From Callorhinchus milii (lineage: Eukaryota): a DNA stretch of 64,000 nucleotides. Where the stretch lies: NCBI RefSeq assembly GCF_018977255.1, contig NW_024704743.1, positions 80,540,001-80,604,000 of the forward strand, read 5' to 3'. The notes below the pieces were generated by a model that worked only from the letters and a program-made list of their open reading frames with translations, did no database searches and was not told where the DNA came from. Made by a program: the position numbers and the translations under genes. Shown one piece after another: positions 1-13,981 of the stretch. Position 1 is the first letter of the stretch. Each line of letters opens with the position of its first letter.

Positions 1-3000
1 GAAACAATTTGAACTCCCAACCCCTCTAAAATTCTGAAATGTTGGTCTCAAGTCATATGATGTACCAAGATAGTTGGAAAGCAACCAAAACAAAGAGTAG
101 GTAGACTATTAAATCAATAGATATGAAGCACAAATACAGCAGTTGTTTCAATGAGTGTTTAGGCAAGGAAGCATGATTAGGCAACCTAAAGCTTGTTTTT
201 CAGGATGCTGAGATGTTGGGCAAACCTCATCTATTGGGAGGTTGTTACCCAACAGCCGCAGGAGGCGATTGCTCCAGCATTACATAAACGGTATTTCAGA
301 GGATCAAAGACATCAACCTTGCACAACTTCTTTGTTGTAAGACATCAGCTCTCACCACAACATTGCACAGTGGCATTTAAAAATAAACGTACCAACAGAC
401 TGTCGTGCCTTCTCCGACAGAAATTATTTTTAAACATATTCAGTTGCTAGAAACATCGGCATTCCAAGAAAGTCTGATAAAACATGAAGTATTTTGAAGA
501 ACAACTGTGGGTGACAGTAGGCCACTTGGGGTGTTAATCACTCACGCTATGAATTCTCTTTTTTAAAACACCTTCTTAGTGCCTTCTTATCCAGAACCTC
601 TGAGAACATAGTTTGAAAACCTTGTGTGGAATTCTATAGCAAATATTTTCTTTTTATTTCAATTTTCAAGCAAAATTAGGAGATGTGATTCACAAAGAGA
701 TGTGAACCACAAAACTAGGGTTTTTTTTGCCCAGAAACAAAAGTTTCATAAGGACCCTGGAGCTTAACAATTTAGAAGTATAACAAGGATAAGGACTTGT
801 TAAACTTTTTGTTTCTGGGTAAAACAAAATTGGTCAGACAAGTGTCTGAAACACACAGAAACCCATCAGCATGCTGATGAGTGTCCAAACCAGACTGAGA
901 GTTCCACATACATATTCCATTTAAACATGGACATTTCTGAGTGTATCTGAAAGGGAATGGGCACTCTCACCTCTGGAGGGATGCATCCTGCTTACCTTAT
1001 TCCAAAGAGTATTAGCCACAGTCAGGGATCACAAAGTGTGAGTTTGGGGTACTAATGCGGTTCAGCCAGCTATTACCACAAAACATTGCCATTGAGAGTA
1101 ATGTTTGACAAGCTTCTCTACTAGTAACTCAACTAGGCCTATTCTACCAGTTAAAGTTTGGGCCTATTATTATTATTATTATTATAATATATACATGGAG
1201 CTCATTCAGATCCAAGGAGTCTCCACTTACCTTGCCTATGGAGAGTAGTCACTGTCCTTTCTTGTTAGCTTCTGAACAATTTTTAAACAGGTTATTTCCC
1301 TTCATAGTTTTTTGCCCATGTCATAGAGCAGTAAACTTCATGAGAAGTGAGACAATTCACAAATAATGTTCTTGACCCTCATGATGTTAAAGCTCCCGGC
1401 TGTTTGTGGGACACACTGTGTGCAATTGGCTGCTGCATTTTGCACACACAATATAGTCAATTCACTTTACAGTATATTCTGTGAAGCGCTTTGAGACATC
1501 TGGAAGATGTGATAAGGCGCTATATCAGATGCAAGGATTATTATTTTTATAGTCCTGAAATTAATTAATCAGGGCTGTTGCGGTCCTTGTGGTTGCCAAC
1601 GGCTACTACATTTTCCCACAAAAAAAGAACCTTCACTATAACCTTTCACGATAAAACAGTTCAAACCATTTTACAGTATTAACAGTCGAATGCAGAGATT
1701 GCTTTTGTAGAAAAGCTAAGCAGCTATTTTAAATAGAATTACATAGATTTATACTCCAAATGAGCCTCTACAGCAATGATCAATTTATATGGAGGACTGT
1801 TGGCCCAGACATCAGGAGAAACTCCCTTCTCTTTTCAAATCGTGTCATGCATTAACTGCCAATTGAATAAGGGGAACTTGATATAATGTCTCATTTAAAA
1901 TATAGCATCTCTGGAAATGCAGCACTACCCCACCCCCCACAACAATTCATTGTGATAAAGTGTGCTAAAAATACATTATTTCTATTCAGCCTTCCTCTTC
2001 CACCTTTACCACCTTGCACACCAAACTTATATAGACTCTTCCATAGAATTGAGGTATGCAAATACATGCAAACATACATGCACGTAAACACTGATGAGCA
2101 TATCAGACTACAGACAACACAAGATCAAAGAGAGACATCAATGAAGAAGGCCCTTCAGCATATTTGATCTCAGCTTTGAAGAATAGTTACCCTATTGTCT
2201 TCCTAATACAGTAGGAAGCAGTTTTCTAAGTCCAGTATCCTGGTCTCAATCACTCCTCGCATCTTGTGTAAAGTAATGCTGCCTGGTGTCTATCCTAAAG
2301 TTACCCTTCACACTACTGATCTTTTGATCGCTCTGCCCTGTTTGCCAGTGTGACCAATGAAAGAATTACTGGTGCAGAAATTCCACCGGGGTTCAGATTT
2401 ACTCTCTTTATGTAGCATTTTACAGCATCCAGAATTTCTCAAATGATTGAATTCAATTTTCTGTATTTCTTGAAAGAGCTTATAAAGAAGTGGCTTTAAA
2501 ATTAAGGCTGTATTTAAAATATTGGCCAATGCTAGAAGCTTACATAAACAGAGTAAATCTTGACTGCGAAAACGCAGTCACAGAGGTATGCTTTAAGCCA
2601 TGCCTTGTAAGAGGGGAGGACTAACAAAAACAACAACAACTAACATTTATATAATCCCGTCACATAGGATAATATCTTGGAAGGTTTAAATAATAGTTAA
2701 TTAATATCTAGCTGTGTTAACTACTTGCCAATTCTTAGATTTAGTTAAAGGAGCACAGTGGGTGTGCAAAGTGGAAAAAAACTGCCAACGCTGCAAGTGG
2801 AGAATGGAAAAGGCTGAGTCCGCGGCACTGATATGACTAAGATTTTTTGAAAAAAAATAAAACACAAACATCCACCTCCTCACCCCCAATTTTAAAAAAT
2901 GTGCTCTGCAAAATAGCGCAAAATACTTGTTGAGCTCATGCAAAAACTGACAAATGAGGCCCTTTGTCTTTATTGTCTAATTCCTCTCAGTGTGTTCCTC

Positions 3001-3364
3001 ACTGTACGGTTAGTTTCTGTGGTAGGAAATCAGATTGCAACACTTGAGACTGCAGCAGCAGCAAAATGAATTTTTTTCTTAAAAATTTCAAAACTTCCAC
3101 ACAAAAAAAACAGAGCTTCTCAGAAATCTACTTGGAGCTTGAAGTTATTCAGATGGTCTGCCACCAAGGAGCTTTCAGGCAGATTGATCAGTCAATGTAT
3201 CCATAAGTCATTAGCACCAGCCAATGAGATCTAATGGGATCTAACACACAACTCAAATCACACCCCCCCCACCTTGTTCACCCGCTCCCCTTCCCCTCAG
3301 ATCATGAACCCAGGTCAGGCAGATCACGCATTTGACTTCTAGTTCAAGGATTTTTGTTTTTGAT

Positions 3365-3476
3365 TGAGAGTATTTTGTTAAGGAAGCTTAGCGACTGTTA
3401 CTGGGAGAATTTTGATGAGGAAGGTTAGCGACTGTTACTGAGAGTATTTCGTAAAGGAAGGTTAGTGACTGTTAAG
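3365..3476. repeat. Three-copy ~37-bp tandem repeat
   Basis: TGAGAGTATTTTGTTAAGGAAGCTTAGCGACTGTTAC-like units. Confidence 0.8.
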
Positions 3477-5795
3477 GAAATCCCGCTAAATCCTGAAGTG
3501 CAATGACGGCAGTTGTGAAGCGCAATGGCTGAATTCAAAGCATGACTATGGGATTTGAAACACAGAGCCTTCTTTGACCTTCCAGAGCATCTCCATGCTT
3601 AAGAGAATCCAAACCATACTGATTGCAGGCTCCCTACATGTGGAAATTCCTGTATTTGTAATGGACTGCATGTTCTCTTCCTGGAAAGGTACATCCTGCC
3701 CACTTAAATCCAGAGAGTTTTAGGCACAGGATTGCAAAAGCCAAGTGTTGGGGACCCAGACTGTGTACTGCTTGAGTTTAACCAGTTAAAACCACATAGC
3801 TTGCCATTGATAGCACTGCCTGACAAGTTTCCTACCGCTTACCAGGTTGGACCACCATTCCCATTAGGATTTTGGCTTAAAGAGTTAACTGGAACTGCTG
3901 CCAGTGACCAACCAGCCTGCTCCAACAAATCCTACCAATGAGCCACAGTGGCTGGAGTACTGTGGAGCAGCTTTGTTCTGGGACCGATGACCGAGACCGC
4001 CACAGACAATCGATTTAATTCTGACATTCTGTTTCCAAACATGTCACCTTGGAGTCAGTTCAACTCCAAAGAGATTCCACTTACACACACACACCCCCAA
4101 AGGAGAATAGTCACTAGTTGATCATTTGACATCCAAAAAGCATGTTTCTTCACTAACTTAGTCTCAGGACTTCAGACCTGATTCTTTTCAAATCCTTTCA
4201 CCAGATCTTTCGTTTGTCATTCATTGTTGTACACTACCTAAGTTTATACCTTCCCAGACGAGAGTAAAATTGTCCTATTTGGAAGGAAAATAATATTTTA
4301 GCCGAAAGTTTCAATACATTACCACCTCAAATGACCCCAAATACATTTTGCCTGCTAAATTAGCAACCAATTTGGTTCCTAATTTATTCATAATTGTATT
4401 CATCTATTACACTTCACAGTAAAATCCTGTGAAGCATTTTAAAATGTCTTGATGATGTCATAAGGCATTCTTTAAATGCAAACATTTTTATTTCTGATTA
4501 TTTAATTGTGATGGTCCTTCTACAATTTGTCACAGTAACATTTTACTCATTTCCTATGGCAAAGAAGTCATACTGACAAATTCCATATGAGAGCTTGTAT
4601 TATAGGTTAATTACTTTATATTTTACTTGACATTACAAAAGGAATTGAATGATGATCCTTCCAACTCTGGATTCCATCTCATACCTTATTGTTGGTTAAT
4701 ATGGGACTCTGGTATATGTTGCGTAATAGAAAAACAGCAAAGTTAGATACAACAGTTAAAAAGCTGAATGACAGATTGACTGGAAGAAAAATAAACCACA
4801 GATTGCAAATTATTTAAAATCCATTAAGAAAAAGGATGAAGCATGTTTTAGACAGAAGCCATTGCATCAATAAAATTGCTAAATTCCTGAGGGGATTAGA
4901 GCCTCATTTCAAGTGAAGTCACATGAGACAAACAAGTTGGTAAAATACACCTTGTTTTAACAAAATTGAGCTATTTGTCAATGTAACATTTAGATACATG
5001 GTGAAACATTGCTTGTGAAACCTCACACATGCTTCCAATAAACCTACGTTTCTTCCTTAAGTCTACAGAATCCTTTCCTTTTAATAACAATTTGTCTAAT
5101 ATTTTAAAATGACACAGGATGGTGGGAAAATTATTTTAGTCTTAATATAAAGGCTCCTTTTCCATAGTCTTAACAATAAAGCTGAATTTATGATTTTTCT
5201 ACCTCCCATTCTGCATTATTTTAAACATTAAAAAAATTGAATTTACAGAGAAAGATTAAGTGGGATTTGGAGTCTCCTGAGTTAGTCAATGCAGTACTAA
5301 CTGTTAACCAGCATTCAGTGGAAACTGAACAAACGCATAAATAAGGCTATATTTCTGCTAACCCTGAACCACTTGACAAATTGTTACATAGTTTAAGTAT
5401 TGCATTGTGCCACACACAGGCGGATTGTACGTGACAAATGTAAACCTCGAGTTACAAATGTTGAAACTACAGTAGCTCTGTTTCAACACACACTGCTGTA
5501 ACAATTCCAAGCTGCTGAAGATCACTGAGCACCAAAAATTGGTGATATTTCTGAAAAGCTACTTCCAATTTGCTTGTTAAACTGTGTATGAAGTTGCCAG
5601 TGTTGCTTATAGATATTTGGGCATTATATGTAAGTCGTAATATACAGTATTTAAGCTATGTAAGTAAACACCTTGGGACGTCCTCCCGACATGAAAGGCG
5701 TTCTATAAATGTAATTTTGTTGTAAACTAAGTTCTTTATTTTCACTCTTGAGGACACCCACTGCAGACTATTTTAGCCTGACATGTTACAACCTT

Positions 5796-6970
5796 AGAAT
5801 CATAAAATCATACAGCACAGCAAGAGGCCATTTGGCCCATCGCATCTGCGCCGGCTCCTAAAAGAGTAATCCAACTCAATCCCACTGACCCGCTTTCTTT
5901 CCATAGCCCTGCAATCCTGTCCTCCCCAAATACCCATCTACTTCTCTCTTAAAAGTTGTTGTTGAATCGGCTTCCACTAACCTTTCAGGTAATGCATTCC
6001 AGATCCGAACAACTCACTGGGTGAAAAAATGTTTCCTAACCTCCCTTCTGTTTCTTTTAACAGCTATCTAAAATCAGTGTCCTCAGGTTACTGACCACAT
6101 GCCAGTGGAAACAGTTTTTCCCGGTTCAACCTATCAAATCCTCTTATGATCTTGAAAACCTCTATTAAATCTCTTCTTAATCCTCTCTGCTCTAGGGAGA
6201 ATAATCCTAGTTTCGCTAACCTCTCCTCATAACTAAGGTCCTTCATTCCTGGTACCATCCTGATAAACCCCCTTTGCACCCTCTCCAATGCCTTAACATC
6301 TTTCCTAAAGTGCAGTGCCCAGAACTGAACGCAGTACTCCAACTGAGGCCTAACCAGCATTTTATAAATATTCAACATAACCTCCTGACTTTTGTATTCT
6401 ATGCCCCTATTTATAAAACCTAGTATCCTGTATGCTTTTTTAACAGCTTTATCTACCTGTCCTGCCACCTTCAGAGATTTGCTTATCTGGATCCCCAGGT
6501 CTCTCTGTTCATTTGCCCCCTTTAAGATTGTACCATCAGCTTATACGGCCTCTCCTCATTCTTCCTAATAAAATGCAACACTTTGGATTTCTCCACATTA
6601 AACCTCATCTGCCACATTTCTGCCCATTTTACCAATCTGTCTAAGTCCTCTTGGAGTGTCCTACCGTGAAATCTGGTGCTATCCTCCTCACCATTAACTA
6701 CTTTTCCTAGCTTAGCATTGTTTGCAAATTTGGAAATTGTGCTCCCTATATCCAGGTCCAAATCATTAATATAGATCAGAAAGAGCAGTGGTCCCAATAG
6801 CGACCCCTGAGGGACACCACTACACACTTCCCTCCAGTCAAAAAAGGAACCGTTCACTACCACTCTCTGCTTTCTGTCTCTTAGCCAGTTCTGGATCCAT
6901 GTTTCCACAGTCCCTTTAATACCGTGGGCTTCTATTTTGTTTATAATTCTCTTATGTGGCACTTTGTCAT
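5796..6970 (-). mobile_element. CR1-clade LINE, 5'-truncated, decayed RT and 3' UTR
   Basis: ORFs 6522-6962 (GVPQGSLLGPLLFLIYINDL...FANNAKL) and 6088-6468 (LVRPQLEYCVQFW...LFSLEQR). CR1 3' end GATGGGCCAAATGGCC followed by an ATT(C/T)TATG-type tail at about 5796-5840. Confidence 0.93.
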
Positions 6971-7009
6971 CTCTTCTCTCATCCCAGCTTCCTTTAATAA
7001 TTTTAATCC

Positions 7010-7470
7010 CGATTGCCTATCCGTTTCTTTCTTAAATCCCTCAAATGATTTCTCAACCAACGCTTTCTGAGAGCGGTGCATTCCAGATTGTTATTATTTT
7101 GTACTAGAAGAAATTTCTCCTCAACTTAATCCTAACCCCATTTGCCCTAAATTTAAGGCCTCTTGTAACTGACATATTTTGGGAAAAGACACTTGTTGCT
7201 TATTTTGTCAAACTCCTTCATGACCCTAAACCCCTCGATCACATCATGCCTATCTTTTTATCTTCAGAGAATACACCCCCAAATCCCCCGTAATTCACTA
7301 TAGTTTAACACTCCCCACCTCATCCCTGGTATCATTCTCATGAAACTATGTTGCATTCTCTCCAAAGTCATATGATGTACTTTTAAGTGCGGCCTCACCA
7401 GTGCCCTATACATTATTTCCCTGCTAATTCCTTCAGTAATCTTTTTATATAGTTTGAGGACTGTGACATC
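7010..7470 (-). mobile_element. Older CR1 3' fragment
   Basis: ORF 7264-7506 contains YRALVRPHL...ERMQHSFMRMIPGMR; the CR1 motif TGCATTCCAGAT occurs near 7077. Confidence 0.65.
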
Positions 7471-7830
7471 CATTGAGCTATTATTTATACAATATGCTTC
7501 ATGCAACTTTTTTTTAAAAATAGGAGCAAGTAACCAAATAAATAATTGTTACATTTGATACAGTGCCTTTCATAGCGGGAGGACATCTCAAAGTGCTTCA
7601 CAGTATTTACTGTACTGTAGCACATGGGGACACCTATCACCATTCTTAAGAGTATCCAGACCAAACAGAGTCCATGCATTCCAATTACACGTGGAAATTC
7701 TGGTGTGGGGAATGGAATGCTAATTCTCTCTCCAGAGGGATGCCTCCTGTTTACCCAATTCCAGAGAATATTAGGTGCAGGCTAGCAAGAGATAAGGCCT
7801 GTGTGCATTGGGGTGCTGCTGGAGTTTAAC

Positions 7831-8220
7831 CATGTTCTGTAGCTCAGTGGTAGAGCACTTGTCTCACAAGCAAGAGGACCTGGGTTTGAATCCCGGGCAG
7901 GACAAAATGTTGGGCAAGTTTCCTTACTCCACACACCTCTGTTTACCAAGCAGTAAGTAGGAGCCCAGTTGTTAGACAATTGGCAGAATGTGTTTCCAGG
8001 GTAAATAATCCCTTCAAAAAAAAATATAATAATTAATATGGTCACTCGTCCACAACTGTTTGTAGGACACTGCTGTGTGCAATCGGGTGCCACGTTTCAT
8101 CCAAAAAATATACAATCAATTCACTTTACAATATATTCTGGGAAGCACTTTGAGACATGTCAAGGACATAATAAGGTGCTATATGAAATGCAAGGATTAT
8201 TATATATATTATTCTTATTA
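7831..8220 (+). mobile_element. Older, longer member of the tRNA-headed SINE family
   Basis: TGTAGCTCAGTGGTAGAGC...GGGTTTGAATCCC head, TTGGGCAAGTTTCCTTACTCCACAC core, an extra internal segment and the shared tail. Confidence 0.85.
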
Positions 8221-8264
8221 TTAACTAGTTAAAACCACATAACTTGTCATTGAAAGCAATGTTG

Positions 8265-8613
8265 AGTGTGGTGACTGTATTTTGTCAGTAAACACAGTTG
8301 CCGGTTTGCACACAGCAATGTCCCACAAACAGCCATGAAGTGATTGATTAGTTTTTCTGGGAAATTGTTGGCTAGGACACCAGGAGAAACCCCCTTCTCT
8401 TTTTGAGTAGTGCCATGGAATCTTTAACGTACATCTGAACGGACTGATGGGACCTCGTTTTAACATCTCATCCTTGTTTTAACATCTCATTGTACTTCCA
8501 ACAATGCACTGGAGTATCAGCATAGCCTATGAGTTCAAAGTCCCAACATGGGTCTTGAACCTACAACATTTCTGGCCCAGAGGAATGAGTGCTACCAACT
8601 GATCCAGGCTGAC
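8265..8613 (-). mobile_element. Deu-domain SINE (SacSINE1-like)
   Basis: Antisense Deu core GATGAGATGTTAAAACGAGGTCCC...GTTAAAGATTCCATGGCACTACTC...GGTGTCCTAGCCAAC; tRNA-like head near 8540-8613. Confidence 0.8.
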
Positions 8614-8689
8614 ACAGATTTGTACAATAGATCCAGCACTTGCTGTACCTTAGCCTTAATGACAGATTAATTTCACTGCACCTTGGCAG

Positions 8690-8905
8690 TCAAGCTTTCA
8701 GCATATCTGCCCCCACTCTCTGGAACTCCATCCTGAAATCCCTATGACTCGCACCCTTCTCTTTCATCATGCCTTTGGTAATGCTTACCCCTTCACCTTC
8801 ACCCTCCTCAGGCCCCACTCCCCCTCAGCTTCCACCAGAGCTTGGGTGCTTGGGATGTCCTCCTGATGTGAAAAACACTTTATAAATGTAAATTTGTTGT
8901 TGTTG
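8690..8905 (+). mobile_element. L2 3' fragment
   Basis: CTCTGGAACTCC motif and tail GGGATGTCCTCCTGATGTGAAA...AAATGTAAAT(TTG)n. Confidence 0.65.
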
Positions 8906-9569
8906 AGATTAGATAGGACCGAAGGGCATTTGTCATCCAAGTCTCTCGTGTGATCAATTGTGTGTATTTGTGTGTGTGAATGCACACACTTGCACTTTGT
9001 GTGCATACAGCAAGCACTGAATGTTATTCCTGATTCTTTATTTCAAGTTTGGTTATACATGACCAGAAGCAGTGGCAGGAATCCAGGTAAGCAATGGGAA
9101 AACCACTATAGAGGAAAATAAGCTATTTGCAAGAGGAAACAGTAGGGTGGTGATGGCTGTGTTTTTTCACTGTGGCGTTTATGTTTTTCCCCTCACATAA
9201 CACAAAACTACCTCATACAGAAATGGGATGTTGGTGTGTTCCATTGGTTAGTGACCTCAATACTGTTTTCTGGATTCAATCTGAATGTAAAAATGCCACA
9301 AAAAAGCTCTCTGTGAAGCTCTCTCTCCCCCACAATCACAGGGTTAAGCCAATGACTGTCTTCTGTGTAATTGAGCCAAACAGACCTGAAGGGTCCTTGG
9401 TTTAATTCCTGATCTATGTTGCTGATAATAAGAATAATAATCCTTACATTTGATATAGTGCCCATGATGCCGGGAGAATATCTCAAAGCGTTTCACAGGG
9501 TTTACTGTAAAGTGTAGTGACTGTGTATTTTGTCAGCAAAATCACATTGGAGGAACAGTTGAGGCACGT

Positions 9570-9820
9570 CATAGGGCCTCAGCCTTCCAGGGTAGGGATG
9601 AGAAAACATTAGCCTCAAGAAACCATTCCTTACTGGAAAGTGCACCTGCATGGACATTGGCTACAGTTCCTATGGGTGAATGACCTGTGCATACTCACTG
9701 ACTGGACTTCCACAGAAAGAATCACCACTTAAGTGAGATATCAGGGAGAGGGGCAGAAATCAGCAACCTGACGCCCTACTTCAGCAAGAATGCCTTCAGA
9801 AAAGGAGGGGCGAAAATTGT
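9570..9820 (+). mobile_element. AmnSINE2-like ancient SINE fragment
   Basis: GGCCTCAG...CTGGAAAGTGCA...GGACATTGG...ACTCACTG...AAGAAT...GCCTTCAGAAAAGGAGGGGCGAAAATTG resembles my recollection of the AmnSINE2 consensus. Confidence 0.55.
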
Positions 9821-10549
9821 AAGAAAAACCCAACTCTGGTGGTACAATAACAAAATAATAATAATAATCCTTACATTTGATGTAGTACCTTTCATGCCGG
9901 GACGTCATCTCAAAATGTTTCATACGATATACTGTAAAGTATAATTAGTGACTGTGTATTTTGTAGGCGATCTAGGTAGCCAATTTGCGCAATGTTCCAC
10001 AAACAGCCATGAAGTGAATGGCCAGTTTTAACTGGGGGATTTTTGTCCAGAAAACTCTCTTCACTTACATGTATGAGGCAAACACTTAGTCCTTAATGTG
10101 CTTTATTTTTAATTTTTCTAATGTACTATTATTTATTACTATGGTGCTCTCTTGGTGCTTTCATAAGACATCTGGATAAATGACCTCTTCTGACCTCTGC
10201 TTACAGTAGATTCCTTGCCTCCCAGGTCAGAGATTGCCTCTTTTGTTTGTATTTCACGTGCCTACTTTTACTAAAAGTTCAGCAGGAAATTAGATTTTGA
10301 AAGAAAAACAAGATATTTCTTGTTGTTCCGGAAGCAAACCAATTACATGCATGCACACACAAATCATCAGGAATCTAGACAGCACCATGGGATGTCATTC
10401 ACCAGGGTCTAGTTAATGCGCTATACTAGGTGATCTCAACAGAGCAGCCTGTGAAGTGTTGATACGTGTAAAACCGTTATATTTTGAATTCGGTTGGGCT
10501 CAACCCAGTTGCTTGCAGGCACTGACTCATAGAAGCACAAAATTGCCCT

Positions 10550-13277
10550 GGATTTGACCCTCCGTGTGGGACGGGGATGAAGGCCTGCCTGATAAGCCTT
10601 GATCAGGAGAAAGCCTTTGACAGGGTATCTCACAGCTACATGGATGAGGTACTCTCCAAAATGGGATTCGGGGAGGGAATATGCAAGTGGATCCGACTGC
10701 TCTACACAGACATCTATAGTGCAGTCAACGGGTATGAGACTGAGCCGTTCCCCATCAGGTCGGGAGTAAGACAGGGCTGTCCCCTAACCCTCACCTTGTT
10801 TGTCTGCTGCATCGAACCCTTTGCACAGGCCATCAGGAGGGACGGAGGATCAGAGGTGTCACCATCTCGGGCAGCCACGGCACACAAGCCAAGGCTTCCC
10901 TGTATATGAATGATGTCAACGCCTTTTACACAAACCAAAAATCAGTCTTCAGCCTGCTAGGCATTTGCAAACAGTTTGAACAAGCCTCGGGAGCCAAGGA
11001 CAACCACCAGGAAAGCCAGGTGATGTATTTTGGAAACTGGAAAGAACGGAGTCTTATACCTTTTGGGTGATGCCAGACTACATCATAGTCTTGGCATCTG
11101 GTTTGGGGCTGCCCAGGAGTGCCAAAAATGCTGGGAATAGTGTCTAGGCACAGTGAGGAAGAAACTGGTGATGTGGCACCAGCGCTCGCTGTCCATCACT
11201 GGGAAAAATCTGGTGATAAAGTGTGAGGCCCTCTCGGTATTACTGTACATGGCCCAGGTCTGGCCTTTCACCAGGAACAATGCCACTGCAATCACCAGAG
11301 AAGTCTTCCAACTGATGTTGGAGTCCAAGATGGATCATGTCCGCAGACACACGATGTACAAAACCCCGGAAAAGGGGGGGAAAGTGCTCCCTAATGGGTC
11401 TGGCAGAACTGCCTTGAAACGTTCCACACAGTTGCAGGGTGCTGAACCACCAATCCTATGTTGAGAAATTCCTGAAGAGCACCATCCCAGACCCCTGTGC
11501 AATCACCAATTGGTGCGTGCAGCAGGCAGTCAAAACAGTTTGAAAGGGGGAGAGGACAGACTTGATCGGGAGGTACCCTATGACAACAGCCAGCTACATC
11601 TGGCAAAACCCCTCATCACCGGCCCTGACCAACAACCATCAGGACATGGCCTGGCTGGCGATAAAAGAGGCCTCCCCCTCAGGGCTTTCATGCACGGTCG
11701 AGGTCTGGGCCAGTCAGCACACTGGCCTGGGGCCAGCTGCAAACAACAACAACAACAACTTGGATTTATATAGTGCCCTCCACGCTGGACGGTGTCTCAG
11801 AGCACTTCACAGTAATGGATCCTGGTCATAGATGTAGAGGATGTCATTTGAGACTTTCACAAGCGCAGTCTCTGTACTGTGGACATGGCGGCAGCCGGAC
11901 TGGAAGGGTTCGAAGAGGGAGTGGGAGGAGAGGTGTGCACGGAGTTGATTGGCAGCAACACATTCTAGGACTTGGCAAGGAAGGGCAAGTTTGAAATAGG
12001 GTGGTAGTGGTTGGGGTTTGAAGGATCTAGGGAAGGTTTTTTGAGGAGGGTTTTTCCAGCAGTTTTGAGGGGGGCAGGGACTGATCCGGAGGAGAGGGAC
12101 TGATTGGTGACATCAGCCTGTAGTGGGCAGAGGAGGGGGAGCTGAGTGACCAGCAAATTGGTGGGGAGGGGGTTGAGGCAGCAGGTGGTGGGTTTCATTG
12201 AAGTGATGGTGGGTGAGAGTGAGGAAGGAGAGATGGGGCGGAAGGAATGTAGGATGGGGGTCGTAGTAAGAGTTGATGATGGGGAGGTTGAGGGGGACGG
12301 AGAGGGGATGATGATGGGTGACAAGAAACAGGAGGATGAGGCTGCCTGGCGGATGTTATGTATTTTGGATGAAAAGAAGTCCATGACCTCCTCACAAGTG
12401 GCATTAGATGTGAAGATTGAGGAGCCCTGAGGGGGCGAACGGAGGAGGTAATGGGTGATGGAAAAGAGGACTTTGAGATTGTTTTTTGCCTCCAAGATGA
12501 TGTTGGAGTAGACATCCGCAGATGATGTTGGAGGCCAGGAGACCCTGGACCACCTCTTCCTGGAGTGTTGTTTCGCAAAGGCGGTTTGGAAAAGGTTGGA
12601 ATGGATTCTCTCGTGGTTCGTCCCTGGGGACCCGCTGTCCTGGTACTCGGTGCTGTAATGAATGATCCCGGGCACTCACAGTAAACTAAATAAAGGAGGC
12701 CCTTTGGCACTCCCGAAACCAAGTGTTCTTCTGACAGGACGAGGGGATGGTGAAGGCCTGCCTCAGGCTCGCGCACGCTAGGATCAAGGACTATATACTG
12801 AGGAACAAGCTGAAGTTCGGAAAAGGCCAGATGGGGCCTGACCCCGGCAGGAGCCGCACCGGCACAAACCACTCAGGGCGCACCCACTGGGTAGCCCATG
12901 AGCGCACCCAAAACTGACTGAAATAAACATAGGGTACAGAAGGACGCTCGAGATGTAACCAAAGAGCATCCCGAAAATGTATGTACGGTAAACATGTGTC
13001 CGTACGGTGCACATCAGCGAACCTTCCGAAAGCGGCAAGTGCGCCTTATCAGAGGGTGTGCAGTGGGCACATGGATGTGATGCACACAGGGGCAACTCCC
13101 GACTGTGTTAAAGGGAGTGTCCAGAAAAACGTCTCCACAACCTGTGTGCAGTGAAGGAAAGTACCGTAAAACAACAAAATGTTTTTTTGTTATCGGAAGA
13201 AAGGAAAAAAAATGTAACAGAAGATGTTGTGTACCAAATATTTTATTTATAAATAGATATATATTTTTTTAAAAAAA
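10550..13277 (+). mobile_element. Tx1/L1-clade LINE, 5'-truncated and decayed, interrupted by an L2 insertion
   Basis: LISLDQEKAFDRVSH and SGVRQGCPL (ORF 10577-10909), a YMNDV variant of YxDD near 10903, WHQRSLSITGKNLVIK, a C-terminal ETLDHLFLEC knuckle after 12530, and an AT/A-rich tail at about 13240-13277. Confidence 0.85.
11741..12529 (-). mobile_element. L2-clade LINE fragment with internal deletion, inserted in the Tx1 element
   Basis: ORF 11965-12675 contains the L2 motifs TTCCLNPLPT, SLSSGSVP, LKKPSLDP and YHPISNLPFLAK. L2 3' tail with (TTG)n at 11741-11810. Confidence 0.85.
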
Positions 13278-13576
13278 GGGATTCATCAGGACCGTGGTGA
13301 GACAAGCTTTAGTTTAGGGTCGGATGTACTCAGCAATCTCAGTGACTCAGACGTTGGCTTTTGGTGCCAATGGCAACATTGCCCATCCAGATGAAGCAGG
13401 GATGAATGGTTGGAAGTCATTCATCAAGTCAATCTCGCCAGTGGCTCCAGATTGTCCTGCCTGATGATAACGGTGACTTTCATGATCTGAAGGCTAATGC
13501 GAAGGCAACAGGAACAGAATAAGAAGATGTTTGGAACATCGCATGCAAATACATCCACATCTTATCAGCTGAAAGT

Positions 13577-13981
13577 GTGTCAGCTTGGCTCAATGGTAGC
13601 ACTCTTGCATCTGAGTCAGAAGGCTGTGGGTTCAAGCCTCATGTTGGCACTTGGAATCATATGGTCTGAGATGACACTCTACTGGTGGTGTGCTGCTTTG
13701 TTGGAGGTTGCATGCCTTCGGATGAGCTGTTAATAATAATATAATAATAATAATTGATTAATACCTGTTGAGCTGAGGTCCCATCTGCCGGTTCGGGTGG
13801 ACATTCAAGATCCCATGGCACTATTCAAAAACAATAGGGAGTTTCTTCCTTTATTCTGGCCAACAGTTCCCTAAATGAAATTGATAACCTGCTCCAATAC
13901 TGCTATGTACAACTGTCTGCTACATTTCACCCACAAAACACATAGTATCCTGTAAAGTGTTTTGAGACATTTTTACGATGT
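13577..13981 (+). mobile_element. Deu-domain SINE whose tail is split by the young SINE (resumes 14311-14345)
   Basis: TGGCTCAATGGTAGCACTC...GGGTTCAAGCC head; CTTCGGATGAG and CAAGATCCCATGGCACTATTC Deu core. Confidence 0.8.
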
